Source: an uncultured Veillonellaceae bacterium
Lineage (GTDB): Bacteria; Bacillota; Negativicutes; JARBTT01
DNA: 64,000 bases
Direction: 5' to 3'
NCBI GenBank assembly: GCA_963805085.1
Contig: CAWDTA010000002.1
Span: forward strand, 1,280,001 to 1,344,000
A program made the position numbers and the translations under genes. Shown one piece after another: positions 9,155 through 18,559 of this stretch; positions within the stretch are counted from its first letter, which is position 1; every line of letters begins with the position of its first letter. Under the pieces are notes generated by a model. It worked only from the letters and a program-made list of their open reading frames with translations. It was not told the DNA's origin and searched no databases.

Positions 9155-9916
9155 ATGTTTGTTGAAGAAAGACAGGAAAGTATCGTTTTATTATTAAATA
9201 AATTTGGCAAGGTTAAAGTAAAAGAGCTTAGTGAAAGGTTTGCGGTAACCGAGGATTGTATTCGCAAAGATTTGGCGAGCTTAGAAAAAGAAGGCTATTT
9301 AAAACGAGCTTACGGCGGTGCGGTTATCGTGCGAACCAATGTGCATAAAGCTGAAGTCCGTAGCCGAAAAAATATCGATGTGAGTGCAAAAAAAGCGATT
9401 GCTCAAAAATCATTTGCGCTTATCAAAAATCAAGATATGGTCTTTTTGGATATTTCGACGAGCAATCTTGAGCTTGCGCATTTGTTAGTTGAAAGTAAAA
9501 AAGAGATCACTGTCGTGACCAATATGATTGAGATTCTTGTTTTATTAGCAAAAAAAGCTGAGATAAAAATCGTATTTGTCGGCGGTGTCATCAATAAAAG
9601 TCGTGATGGTTTTTGGGGGAGTATGACGATGGAGTTGATTGCGAAATGTAAGCCTGATATTGCCTTTGTCGGCGCTGTCGGCATTGACGTTTATGAAAAT
9701 AGTATTTCTACCTATGACATTGAGGATGGTAACAATAAAGCAATGATCATCAAAGCGAGTAAAAAGGCTTATTTAGTTGCTGAATTTACTAAATTCAGCA
9801 AAGATGGTAACTATAACTATGCAACCTTAGATGATTTAACCGGGGTTATTACGAATCAGACATTATCAATAGAAGTACAAGAAGTGATGCTTGAACATGG
9901 GGTGGAGCTGCTATAA
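9155..9916 (+). CDS. DeoR/GlpR family transcriptional regulator
   Basis: ERQ..I...L...G.V.V.ELS..F.VTED.IRKDL..LE..G.L.R.YGGA HTH plus DeoRC sensor domain. Confidence 0.93.
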   Translation: MFVEERQESIVLLLNKFGKVKVKELSERFAVTEDCIRKDLASLEKEGYLKRAYGGAVIVRTNVHKAEVRSRKNIDVSAKKAIAQKSFALIKNQDMVFLDISTSNLELAHLLVESKKEITVVTNMIEILVLLAKKAEIKIVFVGGVINKSRDGFWGSMTMELIAKCKPDIAFVGAVGIDVYENSISTYDIEDGNNKAMIIKASKKAYLVAEFTKFSKDGNYNYATLDDLTGVITNQTLSIEVQEVMLEHGVELL

Positions 9917-10089
9917 CGTATGCTTTAGGGAAGGCATCGCTAAAGAAAAGATGAGATAGAGGCCAGTTGAACGTGAAGAAAAATAGCAATTTAGCGCGGA
10001 AGTTAGTAGAAAAAGACGATATTTGTCACTTGCACAAAGATGAAATTCGTAGTAAGGTTTCTGTAATAGAAGACTACGGAGGATTTTTT

Positions 10090-12084
10090 ATGGTTTTGAA
10101 ATGGATCAAGCAAGTGCTGAACTGGCAAAAGTTTTATGAATTGATTCAGCAAGATATCAAATTATTTATCTATTTATTGGCGCTTCTTATGCTGTTTAGA
10201 ATTGGCTTTATTGGTATCATGCAAGCTTATTTAGGCGGTAGTACCAATTGGGCGGATATTTTATTGGCCTTGTATTATGGTTTGAAACTGAGTTTAAAAA
10301 GTGCCGGTTTATTGGCGGTAACTTCTTTTTCTAGTTGCTTGATTTTTTATTGCTTTTCCTCTAAAACAACAGTGTATGTACGAAAATTCATCGGCTCGGT
10401 TTATACGATTGTCTTAACCATATTGTTTTTCGCGCGCATTCCTTTTTATCAGCAGTTTCACTCAGGCTTTAATCAACTGATTTTTAATACAATCAATGAT
10501 GATGTTTATGCGCTTGTCCTTTCACTCATTGATCAGTTTAATTTGCCCTTACGCTTATTTGGTGCTTTGGTAGGGGCGGGGATGCTATGCCTTCTCTTAT
10601 GCAAGTGGTTGGATACGCGAATCCTTTACCTGCCAAAGTTAAAAAATTGGTATGTAAATATCGCCATGAGGGTTGCCTTTTTCGTGGTACTGTATCAGTT
10701 TGCTGTGTTCGTTAATTTTGGTGGCAGCCTGAGTTTTGCTGGCAATGTCGATTGGGAGAACTCTGGGGTTACAAAGGATCAATTGCTCAATGAAGCAATT
10801 TTAGATGATGTGCAAGCTGTTTATCGTGCCTATGAGATGAATGGTCGACTCGCAAGTTCTACAGGGCTTATGTTTGAACCAACACAAATTGCTGACTATG
10901 CGCGCCAGTTGTCAGGAAAGCAAATAGAAAGTGATAATTTGGATGATTATTTGAAAAAATCAGTGCAGGGACTACGAGCGGAAAAGCCGAAACAGATCTT
11001 TTTGATTATTTCGGAGAGCTATGCAAATTGGCCCTTACTTGATAAATACAAAAACCTCAATATCGCCAATGGGGTGAAAAATATTATTGCTGAACCTGAT
11101 AGTGCTTATGTTAGTACGTTTTTACCAAATGGGATGAGTACGATTTCGGGTGTTATGGGAATCGTCACTGGCTTTACTGATGCCAATTTGTATTTGACGA
11201 CAATGCCAGAAGCATATAAAGAACCATATTCGACGGCGGTTGCACCTCAAATGAAGAAACTTGGCTATCGAGCAAAGTTCTGGTATGCTGGGCCAAGCTC
11301 TTGGGAACGGGTCAAAGATTTTTCTCTTGCGCAAGGCTTTGACGATTTTTACGGTAGTGGTGATTTTGACGGGAGAGCAGGTAATGTTTGGGGTTGGGAT
11401 GATGAATATTTGTATGACGCCGTGCTAAAAGGCGTCAAAACAGAAGAACCTAGCTTTAATATCGTGCTCAATGTATCGAATCATTCACCGTTTACCGTGG
11501 ATTTAGACAAAGCAGGATTTGATCGGGAGGCTGTGACTGCACAGCTACCAGATAGCGTAAAAAATGACCAAGAGTTGGTGAAGCAGCTTGGTCATTTCTG
11601 GTATGCTGATAAGATGCTGGCTGAGTTTGTGGTGCGTGCAAAGAAAAAATATCCGGATAGTGTATTTATTATTGTTGGTGACCATGCCGATCGGATGAAT
11701 ATTGATAAAACACCAACAATGTATGAACGGTATGGTATCCCTTTTGTCGTGACGGGCAAAGGGATTACCAAGCAAAGCTTACCGGCAGGCGTGGCCGGCA
11801 GCCATATTGATGTGATGCCAACCTTATTAGAACTAATTGCGCCAAAAGGTTTTACGTATTATTCGGTAGGAAATAGTTTGACAAAGGGAAATGCTTTTGG
11901 TGTTAACTATGGATTTTGGATTACGCCAAACTATATCGGTAAAACAGATATGGTTGCTCAGCCAGAGGCCATCACCTCGCCAGATGCTCCTGAGCCAGAC
12001 CCAACAATGGTGCAAGGCACTGTCGAAGCGGTGCGGAGTGTATCTTGGTGGCGGAGTAAGTATGGAAATCAATTAGCGAAATGA
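10090..12084 (+). CDS. LTA synthase-like / sulfatase-fold phosphoglycerol transferase family membrane protein
   Basis: About 5 N-terminal TMs, then IFLIISES, SNHSPF, GDH and SHIDVMPT alkaline-phosphatase-superfamily motifs. GGAGG RBS before ATG 10090. Confidence 0.8.
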   Translation: MVLKWIKQVLNWQKFYELIQQDIKLFIYLLALLMLFRIGFIGIMQAYLGGSTNWADILLALYYGLKLSLKSAGLLAVTSFSSCLIFYCFSSKTTVYVRKFIGSVYTIVLTILFFARIPFYQQFHSGFNQLIFNTINDDVYALVLSLIDQFNLPLRLFGALVGAGMLCLLLCKWLDTRILYLPKLKNWYVNIAMRVAFFVVLYQFAVFVNFGGSLSFAGNVDWENSGVTKDQLLNEAILDDVQAVYRAYEMNGRLASSTGLMFEPTQIADYARQLSGKQIESDNLDDYLKKSVQGLRAEKPKQIFLIISESYANWPLLDKYKNLNIANGVKNIIAEPDSAYVSTFLPNGMSTISGVMGIVTGFTDANLYLTTMPEAYKEPYSTAVAPQMKKLGYRAKFWYAGPSSWERVKDFSLAQGFDDFYGSGDFDGRAGNVWGWDDEYLYDAVLKGVKTEEPSFNIVLNVSNHSPFTVDLDKAGFDREAVTAQLPDSVKNDQELVKQLGHFWYADKMLAEFVVRAKKKYPDSVFIIVGDHADRMNIDKTPTMYERYGIPFVVTGKGITKQSLPAGVAGSHIDVMPTLLELIAPKGFTYYSVGNSLTKGNAFGVNYGFWITPNYIGKTDMVAQPEAITSPDAPEPDPTMVQGTVEAVRSVSWWRSKYGNQLAK

Positions 12085-12171
12085 TTTGTCTAGCGTTATT
12101 AGTACGATATAGTATGATTTGAGATTTATCATAAAATAAAATCTATAAAGACATAGTATGAGGTGAGTTCT

Positions 12172-12903
12172 ATGGCAATCGTCCATAAAGGCAAGAAAAC
12201 TTTAAATGGACAAGCAAATCAATATTTGCTAACAAGTATAGCTTGTGTGGTGATGCTGATTGCGTATGCGTTTATGATGGTGCAAGGACAGGGCGATGTG
12301 GAAGTAAACGTTGTCTTTATGGCATTACCAGTGTTTTGGGTTATTGGTGCGGTATTTTACTTTAGAAAGTATAAAATCTTTAAAGCTGGGGCGGCTGGTG
12401 AGTCTGGGTTATTGGAATATGTACGAAAATTGCCTAACCAATATCATATTTTTACCAATTTTCAGATCACAGAAAAGCGTATTCACGATGAGGTGGACTT
12501 ACTCGTTGTTGGGGATACCGGTGTTTTTGTCATTGAAGCAAAAAATCATGTGGGTAAAATTGATGGCACTGCTGATGATGTTGAGTGGAAACAATACAAA
12601 ACTGATCAGGCAGGCAACACCAAAATAAAGTTGCTGGCAAATCCAATCAAACAAGCGGATTGGCATACGATCAATATCGACCGATTGCTTAGGCTTGATG
12701 GTTTTCATGTTACAGTAATTGGCTTGCTGGTCTTTACCAATCCGAAGGCGACCTTGGAAATTGGCCCAAGCAAACTGGCTATTTTAGATAATTGTAAAGC
12801 CGTGAATCAATATATCCTAAATTACAAACCACAACAGAGGCTCAATAAAAGTCATATTAATAAAATTGTTCGTGCTTTAGAAGATAAGGTGAACAAGAAG
12901 TAA
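12172..12903 (+). CDS. Membrane-anchored NERD (nuclease-related domain) protein
   Basis: Two TMs, then G..GE, EVDLLVVG..GVFVIEAKN..G.I and NPIKQ motifs. Confidence 0.85.
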   Translation: MAIVHKGKKTLNGQANQYLLTSIACVVMLIAYAFMMVQGQGDVEVNVVFMALPVFWVIGAVFYFRKYKIFKAGAAGESGLLEYVRKLPNQYHIFTNFQITEKRIHDEVDLLVVGDTGVFVIEAKNHVGKIDGTADDVEWKQYKTDQAGNTKIKLLANPIKQADWHTINIDRLLRLDGFHVTVIGLLVFTNPKATLEIGPSKLAILDNCKAVNQYILNYKPQQRLNKSHINKIVRALEDKVNKK

Positions 12904-12986
12904 AAAGATGTCCGCTAGGCCAGAAAAAACGCGTAGTTATTATTTGGCTAAAGTTATTATTAATTATTTTTTTATAAATTTGGTCA

Positions 12987-13013
12987 GTAGGATTTTAGTA
13001 TGTTTTGGCGAAT
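12987..13013 (+). promoter_or_regulatory. SigmaH-type promoter upstream of cheR
   Basis: AGGA(12989-92)-17 bp-GAAT(13010-13). Confidence 0.45.
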
Positions 13014-13073
13014 GATATAGATAATGGTATATAGCAATAATGTTATGATGCTGAATGCAATGGAGGATAAAAT

Positions 13074-13856
13074 ATGAGTGACGAAAGAGATTGGGATTTG
13101 TTTAAACAAAAGTTAAAAGTGAAAACTGGCATTGATTTAAATGAATATAAAGCGAACCAAATGCAACGTCGGATTACAAATTTGATGACAAGACATAACC
13201 ATAAATCCTATGTTGAATTTTTTAATTCAATTGAAAATGATAAGAAGGCATTTGCTGATTTTATAGAGTATTTGACGATTAATGTAAGTGAATTTTTCCG
13301 TACACCAGAAAAATTTTCTGAATTAGAAGCGAAAGTAATTCCTGATTTATTAGCAAAAAGCCCTAAGTTAAATATTTGGAGTGCCGGTTGTTCAATTGGG
13401 GCTGAGCCTTATTCTTTGGCGATGATTCTAAAGGATATGACACCATCCGCAAGACATCGTATTTTAGCCACCGATCTTGATATTGAAATTTTGAATAAAG
13501 CCAAAGCTGGCGTTTACAATGGCAATGAAATTAAAAATATTTCTACATCGCGTAAAAGCACTTATTTCAACATTGAAGGTGATAAATATACAGTTTTAGA
13601 TGATATCAAATCACGCATTGACTACAAACGTCATAATTTATTGTTAGACAGTTTTGAAACTGGTTTTGATTTGATTCTTTGTCGTAATGTGGTTATTTAC
13701 TTTACGGAAGAAGCAAAGGATAAACTTTACCGCCGTTTCTTTGCAGCGCTAAAACCAGGTGGCGTTTTATTTGTAGGCGGTACAGAGGCAATTTTGAATT
13801 TCCGTGATATTGGATTCGCAAGTTACTTACCATTTTTCTATCGCAAACCATTTTAA
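13074..13856 (+). CDS. cheR: Chemotaxis protein-glutamate O-methyltransferase
   Basis: LTINVSEFFR, IWSAGCS.G.EPYSLA, ILATD, FDLILCRNVVIYF and LKPGG.LFVG. Confidence 0.95.
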   Translation: MSDERDWDLFKQKLKVKTGIDLNEYKANQMQRRITNLMTRHNHKSYVEFFNSIENDKKAFADFIEYLTINVSEFFRTPEKFSELEAKVIPDLLAKSPKLNIWSAGCSIGAEPYSLAMILKDMTPSARHRILATDLDIEILNKAKAGVYNGNEIKNISTSRKSTYFNIEGDKYTVLDDIKSRIDYKRHNLLLDSFETGFDLILCRNVVIYFTEEAKDKLYRRFFAALKPGGVLFVGGTEAILNFRDIGFASYLPFFYRKPF

Positions 13857-15013
13857 AAAATACCCCAATTAGAAAATATTTTAAATAATGCAGTTAATTT
13901 GTTGAAAATGACGCGAACGAAGGTCTTTTCTTCAACGGAGGATTGTGCGAGCAAGTCGACTTTCTTGACGACATTGTTATCGACAAGCAACTTCAACTCA
14001 CCGATTTTTTGCCCCTGATAAACAGGGGCTTTTATTTTGTCTGGAATATCAATATCTACGGTAACAGAACCTTTTTTTGCTTCTTCGACGACCATTGCGG
14101 CATCGCTACTTAAGATGGCATCGACGTTTTCACCAAAGCCGCCTTCAACTGCAACACTGTCAATAAAGGCGCCGCTATTGGCATATTCAAATAATTCGTA
14201 GTTATCAAAGCCCCATTGCAATAGATTCTGTGAATTTTGCCAGCGAGACTTGTCGTGCAGTATAACAGCGATTAAGCGCTGATTTTTTTTTGTGGCACTG
14301 GCTACGAGACATGGGCCAGCTTCAGTTGTTGTTCCCGTTTTAACACCATCGGCTTCTGCGAGCATCCACAGAAGTTTGTTGGTGTTTTTTAAATTCTGCT
14401 CGTGGTTATAACCACGGCTATCTTTCCAATCAACATTGGTATGTTTGGTGTTGACGATTTCGGCAAAAATCGGATTATTCATCGCATAGCGTGTAATCCA
14501 AGCCAGATCATAGGCACTAGAATAATGGTTTGGTGTAGGCAAGCCATTTGGATTTTGAAAATGGGTATGATAGGCGCCAAGTTCTTTGGCTTTTTCATTC
14601 ATTAGTACAACAAAATCATCTACGGAACCGGAGATAAATTCGGCGATGGCAATGGCACTGTCATTACCAGAACGAAGCATAAGCCCAGTAAGTAATTCGT
14701 GGAGTGTGATGATTTGACCTTTTTCAAGGTACATGCTAGAGCCAGAAGTATTTGCAGCCTTGGCACTAATCGTAGCATTCTCTTCAAGTCGGTTACTTTC
14801 AATGGCCAGAATTGCAGTCATAATCTTTGTAGTACTGGCAGGTGGTAACTGCTCATAGGCATTCTTTTCAAATAGTATTTGCCCAGTTTTCGCATCAATC
14901 AGGACAGCGCCACTGGCGCTGATGGTTGGGGGAGCTGGTTTGCAAAAAGCGAAATTGGTAATGAGTAGCATAGGAACTAAGATAGACGCAATTTTTTTTA
15001 TCCAAGGAAGCAT
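13853..15013 (-). CDS. D-alanyl-D-alanine carboxypeptidase (peptidase S11, DacB/DacF-like)
   Basis: PASTTK (SxxK), SGND (SxN), GVKTG, signal peptide and PBP5 C-terminal domain. Confidence 0.92.
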   Translation of the reverse strand: MLPWIKKIASILVPMLLITNFAFCKPAPPTISASGAVLIDAKTGQILFEKNAYEQLPPASTTKIMTAILAIESNRLEENATISAKAANTSGSSMYLEKGQIITLHELLTGLMLRSGNDSAIAIAEFISGSVDDFVVLMNEKAKELGAYHTHFQNPNGLPTPNHYSSAYDLAWITRYAMNNPIFAEIVNTKHTNVDWKDSRGYNHEQNLKNTNKLLWMLAEADGVKTGTTTEAGPCLVASATKKNQRLIAVILHDKSRWQNSQNLLQWGFDNYELFEYANSGAFIDSVAVEGGFGENVDAILSSDAAMVVEEAKKGSVTVDIDIPDKIKAPVYQGQKIGELKLLVDNNVVKKVDLLAQSSVEEKTFVRVIFNKLTALFKIFSNWGIF

Positions 15014-15045
15014 GCAAAATCCCCCTCATTGTTTCGTAGTATTTT

Positions 15046-15209
15046 AGAGTGTGTTTCAAAAAAACACACAACCTTAAAAATGCAAGAGACTGTTACAAGA
15101 TGCCTAGATGCTAGGTAGGGCGAGAACGAGAGCGAGTGCGTCCAATGTAGTACGTTGATCAAGGGATCGCAGGATGAGCAACGCAGATGGGGATTTTGCA
15201 ACAGTCTCT
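15046..15209. mobile_element. MITE/REP-like repeat family A, copy 1
   Basis: gtgtgtttcaaaaaaacacac hairpin, then inverted ends agagactgttacaa (15085) / ttgcaacagtctct (15209). Internal agatgctagg ... gagcaacgcagatgg. Near copy at 46660-46794. Confidence 0.8.
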
Positions 15210-15303
15210 TTTAGCAGATTATATTACTTAACCGAGGAGATGATGCATATATTTAAAAAAAAAGCGTACTATCCAGTAAGGTCATAGAAGGGAGGCAAAG
15301 CTT

Positions 15304-16047
15304 ATGGTTTCTATGCGCAATTGTTTTGCAATGACGGTGATTGCTCTCGCCTTGGTTGCTAAAGTAAGCCAAGGCATTTTTTTAGAAGAAGTAAAAGTCG
15401 TAAAAAAAATTCCTACCACGCATAAGGTAGTTGCTCTAACCGTTGATGATGGACCGCATTATAAAACAACGCCAGAATTGTTAAAAGTTTTAAAAGAAAA
15501 AAATGTGAAGGTGACGATGTTCGTCTTGGGTGAAAATGTTAAAGAACATCCGGAATTGGTTGCCCAGGCAGCCCAAGATGGGCATGAAATAGCTACCCAT
15601 GCCTATACACATATCCCTTTAACGAAAATGAGTCAAGGAGAATGTGCAGCAGAATTGGATAAAACAGAAGCAATTCTCAAAAAAATTGAAATAAAACCGC
15701 ATTTGTTTCGTCCGCCGGGGGGCTTATACAACGATGCCGTGATCAAAGAAGCTGATAAACATTGCTATACGACGGTTTTGTGGTCAGTTGATCCGAAAGA
15801 TTGGCAAAGACCAAGTGTAGAGAAGGTGGTAAACACGGTTACCACTACAGTAGAACCGGGGAGTATTGTGCTATTGCATGACGGTCAATATCCATTGCCT
15901 ACCCCACAGGCAATTGGACAGATTATTGATAACTTACGGGCAAAAGGCTATACCTTTGTTACCATAAGTGAACTGCTTGAATATTATGAAGTGCGAGAAA
16001 CAGGTCTATTTTCATATTTAAATTATCAAAAGATTTTGTTAAACTAA
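15304..16047 (+). CDS. Polysaccharide deacetylase (NodB/CE4, PdaA/PdaB-like)
   Basis: LTVDDGP, HAYTH, FRPPGG, WSVDPKDW and LLHDG motifs. Confidence 0.92.
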   Translation: MVSMRNCFAMTVIALALVAKVSQGIFLEEVKVVKKIPTTHKVVALTVDDGPHYKTTPELLKVLKEKNVKVTMFVLGENVKEHPELVAQAAQDGHEIATHAYTHIPLTKMSQGECAAELDKTEAILKKIEIKPHLFRPPGGLYNDAVIKEADKHCYTTVLWSVDPKDWQRPSVEKVVNTVTTTVEPGSIVLLHDGQYPLPTPQAIGQIIDNLRAKGYTFVTISELLEYYEVRETGLFSYLNYQKILLN

Positions 16048-16125
16048 ATACAATTATAATTATTTACGCCGAAATGTGTTAGAATAGAATAAAAGCATAT
16101 TGTCAGTGAAATATGGAGGATAAAT

Positions 16126-17085
16126 ATGTATTGTAATCATGAAGTCGAAACGATGCCTAGAGCAACAATGATTGAATTACAAACGCAAAAATTGCAAAAA
16201 ATGATAAAATGGGTCTATGAAAAAAGCCCTTTCTATAAAGAAAAAATGGCGTCATTGGGGCTTAATGATCAATCCATTCAAACGCTTGAAGATTTGCAGA
16301 AGCTACCTTTTACGACGAAAGAAGATTTGGTTACCAATTCGCCCTTTGGATTTTTGACTGTTCCGCTAAGTAGTACCATTCGTATGCGTATGATTGGCGA
16401 TTATAAACCAGTGACAAAAGCCTACACCAGTGCAGATATTGGACGGAATGTGGAAATGACCGCACGTGCCTTAGTAGCAGGTGGTGTCAATATGGCGGAT
16501 GTTTTACAAATTTGCGAAGATTATACAAGCGAACAGGCGCTAGGAATTCAGTATGCTGCGGAAATTTTGGGGGCGACTGTCGTTCCGACTGAGATGACAA
16601 AGCTGGAACTTCAATTGGAAATGATCGATAAATTGCGGATTACAGCTATCGCTAGTAATGCCCAGCAGATGCTGCAATTATTAGTGGCGGGTCAAGCTTT
16701 AAATTATGATGTAGCACAGCTGGCAATTTCCAAAGTTTTTTCTTTAAACAATGATACAAAAAATAGCATGGATGAGCATATTGCTAGTCGTTTTAACGCA
16801 AGAGTATTCAACTTGTATTCTCCTCCAGAACTTGGAAATTCAGCAATGATGTTTGAATGTCAGAAAAAATGTGGTTTACATATTCAAGAAGATTATTATT
16901 ATCCAGAGATCATTAATATCATAGATGACAGCAATATTTTGGATTGTCATATGGGGGAATTGGTGCTTACTACATTATCAACTGAAGCGATGCCGATTAT
17001 TCGCTATCGCACCGGACAAATGGTAGCGATTGATCGTGAAGTGTGTTCTTGTGGCCGAACACTCTCCAGAATAAAAATGCCATAA
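16126..17085 (+). CDS. Phenylacetate-CoA ligase (PaaK)-like protein, degenerate/short
   Basis: SPFY, DLQKLPFTTKEDL....PFG, GLHI.ED.YYPEI, GELVLTTL..EAMPIIRYRTG and CSCGRT. Lacks the SSGTTG P-loop and the C-terminal domain. Confidence 0.75.
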   Translation: MYCNHEVETMPRATMIELQTQKLQKMIKWVYEKSPFYKEKMASLGLNDQSIQTLEDLQKLPFTTKEDLVTNSPFGFLTVPLSSTIRMRMIGDYKPVTKAYTSADIGRNVEMTARALVAGGVNMADVLQICEDYTSEQALGIQYAAEILGATVVPTEMTKLELQLEMIDKLRITAIASNAQQMLQLLVAGQALNYDVAQLAISKVFSLNNDTKNSMDEHIASRFNARVFNLYSPPELGNSAMMFECQKKCGLHIQEDYYYPEIINIIDDSNILDCHMGELVLTTLSTEAMPIIRYRTGQMVAIDREVCSCGRTLSRIKMP

Positions 17086-17160
17086 GAATTTATTTACAAT
17101 GATGATTTTGTTTTTTCTGACTCAATATTGGGTACATTACCTATTGAGGAGGTGTTGTAT

Positions 17161-17301
17161 ATGATGTTTGGTCATAAAAAACGTTATCCGATGATTGGCT
17201 CGGTGGATTCCAACGATATGAGAAGTATGGCAAAAATGGCATTTGCAGGCTTCATCTTTTATCAAGCAGCAAAATACGTTGTAAAAGAGATCATGGATTA
17301 A
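17161..17301 (+). CDS. Small 46-aa protein MMFGHKKRYPMIGSVDSNDMRSMAKMAFAGFIFYQAAKYVVKEIMD (not in ORF track)
   Basis: Strong RBS GAGGAGGTG ending a few nt before the ATG. Own terminator at 17312-17348. Hydrophobic/amphipathic C-terminal helix. Confidence 0.7.
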   Translation: MMFGHKKRYPMIGSVDSNDMRSMAKMAFAGFIFYQAAKYVVKEIMD

Positions 17302-17311
17302 GTCTCCTTAG

Positions 17312-17348
17312 AAAATTGCTCTGGCTTTTTAGCTAGGGCAATTTTTTT
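17312..17348 (+). terminator. Intrinsic terminator after the small ORF
   Basis: aaaattgctctggct-tttt-agctagggcaattttttt. Confidence 0.7.
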
Positions 17349-17350
17349 AT

Positions 17351-17378
17351 GCAGGATTATTGAAAAAAAACCAGAATT
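17351..17378 (+). promoter_or_regulatory. SigmaH-type promoter of the sbcDC-addBA operon
   Basis: GCAGGA(17351-56)-17 bp-GAAT(17374-77). Confidence 0.5.
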
Positions 17379-17404
17379 TTTAAGGTATAAAGGAGGGAAC
17401 GCTT

Positions 17405-18559
17405 GTGCGATTTATACATACTTCAGATTGGCATTTAGGCAGGTTGTTTCATGGTAAGCATTTAACGGATGACCAGGCTTATGTACTAGAGCAGTTCCAG
17501 GCTTTAGTAAAAGATACAAAGCCCGATGCAATTATAATTGCTGGGGATATTTACGATAGATCGGTACCGCCGACGGAAGCGGTAGAACTTTTAGATGATA
17601 CCTTAGCGAAACTTTTATTGGATGAAAAAGTTCCAATTATGATGATTGCAGGAAATCATGATAGTCCAGAACGCGTTGGCTTTGGCAGTAAACTGTTAGC
17701 AAGGCAAGGCCTCCATGTCGTGGGCACTCTTGAAAAGAAGGTGCAGCCCATTGTCTTTCACGATGCGTTTGGTGAAGTATACTTTATGCCGTTTACGTAT
17801 GCCGAACCAGCTTTGGTGCGCCATTTATTTCAGTTAGATAAGTTAGATAGTCACGAGCTGGCAATGCAGTTTCTCGTGGAGCAAAGTTTAGCGAATATCC
17901 CTGCCAAGGCGCGTAAAGTTGCGATTGCCCATACGTTTATTGCTGGCAGCGTGGAAAGTGAATCGGAGCGCCCCTTGTCGGTAGGTGGTACAAGTAATGT
18001 GAGTAGCAGTGTCTTTGCTCCTTTTCATTATACAGCGTTGGGGCATTTACATAATTCACAACGCGCTGGGGCAGAGCATATCCGCTATTCGGGTTCACTA
18101 CTAAAATATTCGTTTGATGAAGCGAATCATAAAAAAGGGATTAATATCGTTGAGCTAGATCCAGCGGGCAATGCAAGTATCGAAGTGGTAAGTTTAACGC
18201 CGAAATACGATGTTCGGGTTGTCGAAGGACATTTTAACGATATTTTAAAAAATCGCATCGACTATCCACTGAGTGATGACTACATCAGTGTCAATTTGCT
18301 GGATACGATGCCGATTTTGGATGTGCATGGGCAATTAGAAAAGGTATATAAAAATTTGATGCAGATCGAGCGCCCTTATTTAACCGTTGCTGGTAAATTG
18401 CAAAAGCCAAGCGGCGATCATCGACGCATGAGTGAAACGGAATTGTTTGATTCTTTCTTTGAACAAATGACAGGGGAAAAACTAACAGAAGCGCAAAGTA
18501 AAGTGTTTCGTGAGAATTTAGACGAATTATTCCAAGCAGAAAGGGAGGTGAAAGTATGA
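17405..18559 (+). CDS. sbcD: Exonuclease SbcCD subunit D
   Basis: HTSDWHLG, IAGDIYD, GNHDS, ALGHLH and RYSGS..KYSFDE. Confidence 0.96.
   Translation: MRFIHTSDWHLGRLFHGKHLTDDQAYVLEQFQALVKDTKPDAIIIAGDIYDRSVPPTEAVELLDDTLAKLLLDEKVPIMMIAGNHDSPERVGFGSKLLARQGLHVVGTLEKKVQPIVFHDAFGEVYFMPFTYAEPALVRHLFQLDKLDSHELAMQFLVEQSLANIPAKARKVAIAHTFIAGSVESESERPLSVGGTSNVSSSVFAPFHYTALGHLHNSQRAGAEHIRYSGSLLKYSFDEANHKKGINIVELDPAGNASIEVVSLTPKYDVRVVEGHFNDILKNRIDYPLSDDYISVNLLDTMPILDVHGQLEKVYKNLMQIERPYLTVAGKLQKPSGDHRRMSETELFDSFFEQMTGEKLTEAQSKVFRENLDELFQAEREVKV

Noticed and set aside
12172-12903. NERD protein as part of an anti-phage defence system
   Set aside because: Stand-alone in a housekeeping context, with no helicase, kinase or other defence partners adjacent.
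14998-15201. 67-aa minus-strand ORF (and the similar 46694-47002 ORF)
   Set aside because: Translation of the MITE-like repeat; no RBS.
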